DNA from: Macrostomum hystrix | Lineage: Eukaryota; Animalia; Platyhelminthes | Reading direction: 5' to 3' | Length of the DNA stretch: 64,000 nt | NCBI GenBank assembly: GCA_950097015.1 | Contig: CATNEN010000024.1 | Span: 2,728,001 to 2,792,000 of the forward strand | Shown: piece by piece, positions 61,010 through 64,000 of the stretch | Position numbering within the stretch: position 1 is the stretch's first letter | How the letters are laid out: every line of letters begins with the position of its first letter | Made by a program: the position numbers and the translations under genes | The notes under the pieces: model-generated | Databases searched by the model: none | Seen by the model: the letters and a program-made list of their open reading frames with translations, nothing else | What the model was told of the DNA's origin: nothing

Positions 61010-64000
61010 TCACTTCTCCTCCAGCAGTACAGTCTCCTGTGGCACCAGTCCGGCAGCCTCCAGTGTTGTGTCCTGATCCAGCTGGCTGAGCAGCCGCCTA
61101 GGGAAGGCGGTCACGAGGCTGTAGCCGGACTCCGCGTAGCCCAGGCTGGCGCAGTAGGCGGCGAGATGGCGCAGCCGATCTTCCGGATTGAATCGTCGCT
61201 GCTTGGTCTCGGAGCCGCCTGGCAGGCGAAGCCGGATGGTGGCGGCTCGCTGGCCTAGCGCCGGCTCCTCTGGCAGCTGGGCCAGGGCGTGTCGCTGCTC
61301 GGTCTCGGCTCGCTCCTGCTCCTCGCGTTCGAGGCGCAGCTTCTCTACGCGTTGCTGGGTTTTCCGCGGGGGGGGTCAGAGGAAAATTAGGATAATCGGT
61401 GTTCTAAGACAGATTGAATTGACACAAAGGCTGTGTACAGGAGGTCAGTGGCAGAGCGGTTAACGCGTTGTCCCTGAGCTCGATTCCGCGCCGAGGCCAC
61501 ATTTATTTAGGGCGCAGCCGCGGAAAGAAGGCTTTGGGGGCTTGTCGTGCAATTTACGCCCTTGAGGGGCCAACCTTCAAGGCGCAGTGAGAGTGTACAC
61601 TGCCTGACGATGAGAAAGTCAGGGCAGATGTACACATCTGTGTGCGTGTGTGCTCAGGAGTCAGCAAATTGGGCAGAATTGCCTCCTCGCTGGCTGCGGG
61701 TCTAGTGTCACCAAATGATGTGCCATTGCCCACAGCCCTCCTGCAAGTATTATTATTACTATTATTATTTAGGTTGTGTACAGCTCTTCAGTCCATGGAC
61801 ACTCAAGCAAACTTTTTACCTCATGTAATCCCTTTAGTATCTGAATTAAGGTAATTGACACACAAGATCATTGAGTGTCTCGCTTGAGATTCGAACTCTT
61901 GACCTCTTGGTCAAAATTATAAGTCCTAATCAACGGGCTAAAGTTCTAAGAAAATAGGCTTGTTCTGGCGTAGCTTTTTTATTAAAATAGCACGGATTCG
62001 CACGATAATTTAAGCACTGAAGTATAGGATTCATAACAGGAGTTTTGTATGAAACTGACCGTTTTTAATGTGCGATAACTTTGGAACAGGGGCATTATAT
62101 AGATATTTTTCGTGACAATTTTAAAAGAGATTCTTTGTGACATCGGCACCTTCGAGATATTCAACGATTCTAGTCGGGGTGTCTGGTGGCAAAAAAAGTA
62201 TTCATGTAACCATGACGGCTGTTTTGTTGAATATACAGAATTGATTATATTGTAGTTTTTTAACCAATATGGAGTTGCCATAGAAGTTTATACAGTGCAG
62301 TGCTAGCTGTCCATGTCACCAGGGTCTTCGACAAGATTCGCTGAATATCTTGACTATGCTGACGTCGGACGGCTTTGAAAGTAAGTTAATCCGTAAAGGG
62401 CGGAAAATTTTGATCCGTATGGTGGTCTTTCACGAAAATCGGTCATTGGCCCGTGGTCTCTTCCAGGGAAAAAGGCGAGGGCTTCCTACAGTTAAAGTGG
62501 AAGCTTCTGGCTGTCTGGCCATGAATCACCAAAGCCAGCCCTACCTGCTCCTTCTGCCTATCCAATCGCAGGCTCTCCTCGTAGGCGGACTCCATCTCCA
62601 GACGCTCCATGGTCCGCTGCTCCCTGGCGTTCTCCTCGGCCATTTCGGCCTCGCGCCAAGCTCGAAACTCGTCGACAGCCTTCACCAGCATGTCGAGGGC
62701 AGCTGACGGATCGCTAACTCCTTGAACATCGCTAAGAACTTCGTGCGGAGCGCGCTGACGATGCGCCAGCACTAAAATAGCCGGCAGATCGTCAGGCGTC
62801 ATCTGGCGTATCCGATCTGCCGCGTCCAGGCCCAGCTGCCTAGCCGCAATGGCCACAAGAGTGGCGGCATTGTCAGGCTGGGTCAGGTCCCAGGGCCACA
62901 GTATGAAATTGGCGTTCAGAAATTCAATGACGGCCGAATTAGTGAGCACATTTGAGCAGAAGATCTGGGCGGCAATGGATCTGTCGTGATGCAGATAGAG
63001 GGCCAGCGGTCTGCGCTCGTGTGTTGACGCGCCATCGGCTTCGGCGATGGCCGAGACTAGGCTGCCGCTGCTGAACAGAGGACAGACTGACCCGTATCTA
63101 GAGTGTTGGGCGGTTGCGAAATTATTGAAAATTTCATCTAGCTGTGATTTTTGGATAAAGACTATTTTTCAATTCAGACGTTTTAAACCTTTCTAATGTT
63201 TTGTTAACCAATTTTATATGTACGTTATTTTTTCCGGGTTCACGTAATTTTTCCGGGTTTACGTAAAGGCTTCACTTTTTACTTAATTTCTTATTATTGT
63301 ACTATTACTAATTAAGTTATTTTTGTGACTAACCTCGACGCGAAATTCTCAACAAACTTGTTGGCTCCGAGGACGTCGCTGCTGCAGCCGGCAGGTATTA
63401 GCGGCACCGAGCGAGGCGGCACGGGTCGCCTCCGGCCGCCCTCGTCCTCCTCGACCATGACAATGTCGTGATCATCGCCTTGCTCGTCTTCGTCAAAGTC
63501 ATAATCAGCGTACTCCTCCGACATTGGTGTAGTTGCTGCCGCTGTGGCTGTCGAATGCGACGCCGCAGCCGAGGCGGGGCTACGCTTGACAGTGAGGTCC
63601 TGGTGGGACGGCAGGTTACTCCGGCCAAAGGTGGTGGCCCAGTTCAGCTCCCAGCCTGACCACACCTGACTATTGGAAGGTATGCCCCAAAGGCTATAGA
63701 CATCAGAGCGCAATTGTCCAACGCAGGCATCGGAGCCGTAATGAAACACCTGCGTACGATTGCGATCGGCATTGCGCACAGTCAGGTGATATTCGTTGGA
63801 TCGGCGACTGCCAGGCGTTGATCGTTGCACAATGGCAGGATTTGCACTAGCCAATCTCAGCGGCGTCTCTTTGGGCAGGCGAAGCGAGCGCAGCACAGTT
63901 TCGTCGCTAACAGAAGTTGGAAAGCCGCGCAACCGCATGTCCTCGATATCGATCGGCTGTTGCATCATCTGGTGCAGCTGGCGCTTGATGTCTAACACTG
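61010..64000 (-). CDS. FAF1: FAS-associated factor 1 (UBL-UBL-UAS-coiled coil-UBX), 3' exons >64000-63334, 63097-62545, 61354-61010
   Basis: Two ubiquitin-like segments, then FVENFASR|YGSVCPLFSSGSL..RPLALYLHHDRSIAAQIFCSNVL..FLNANFILWPWDLT (UAS), EQRTMERLEMESAYEESLRLDRQKEQ, and UBX TIRLRLPGG..RRFNPED..VTAFPRR..TLEAAGLVPQETVLLEEK*. Phases are compatible (2, 0). The N-terminus is outside the window. Confidence 0.9.
61440..61770 (+). mobile_element. SINE family B in the last FAF1 intron
   Basis: TGGCAGAGCGG A-box (61449-59), GAGCTCGATTCC B-box (61476-87), body homologous to 34593-34928, followed by (ATT)n. Confidence 0.82.
61775..61942 (-). mobile_element. Degenerate SINE family A copy
   Basis: TTCAGTCCATGGAC at about 61787 and GAGATTCGAACTCTTGACCTC at about 61886, collinear with 3100-3400. 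Confidence 0.55.

Overview
Eukaryotic (metazoan) genomic DNA with spliceosomal introns, tRNA-derived SINEs and many tandem repeats. The style (GC-rich exons, minisatellite-filled introns) suggests an invertebrate, possibly a free-living flatworm such as Macrostomum; that assignment is inference only. Three protein-coding genes are present. (1) The last two exons of a CSK-like tyrosine kinase (+, 375-2845). (2) A complete 26-exon gene that I assembled by hand (+, 14884-52705, 16,209 nt CDS, about 5402 aa). It encodes a giant type-I transmembrane mucin of the MUC4/Mesh/SUSD2 NIDO-AMOP-VWD class: signal peptide, about 3,100-aa Thr-rich domain in one 9.7-kb exon, TSP1-like, 3 EGF, NIDO, AMOP, VWD with GDPH, cadherin-like module, about 20 EGF, TSP1, RKKR-containing juxtamembrane module, TM helix and short tail. 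(3) The 3' exons of FAF1 (-, 61010->64000). A 1155-bp DD34D mariner with 27-bp TIRs and a TA duplication sits inside a 21-bp satellite. About 45% of the window is non-coding tandem repeat, with a different monomer in almost every long intron, and most long ORFs in the supplied track are shadows of these repeats. Most notable: a stop-free, in-frame 33-bp intronic array that reiterates the 5' splice site 16 times, and RFX X-box motifs plus a KVAP tail motif hinting that the mucin is cilia-associated.
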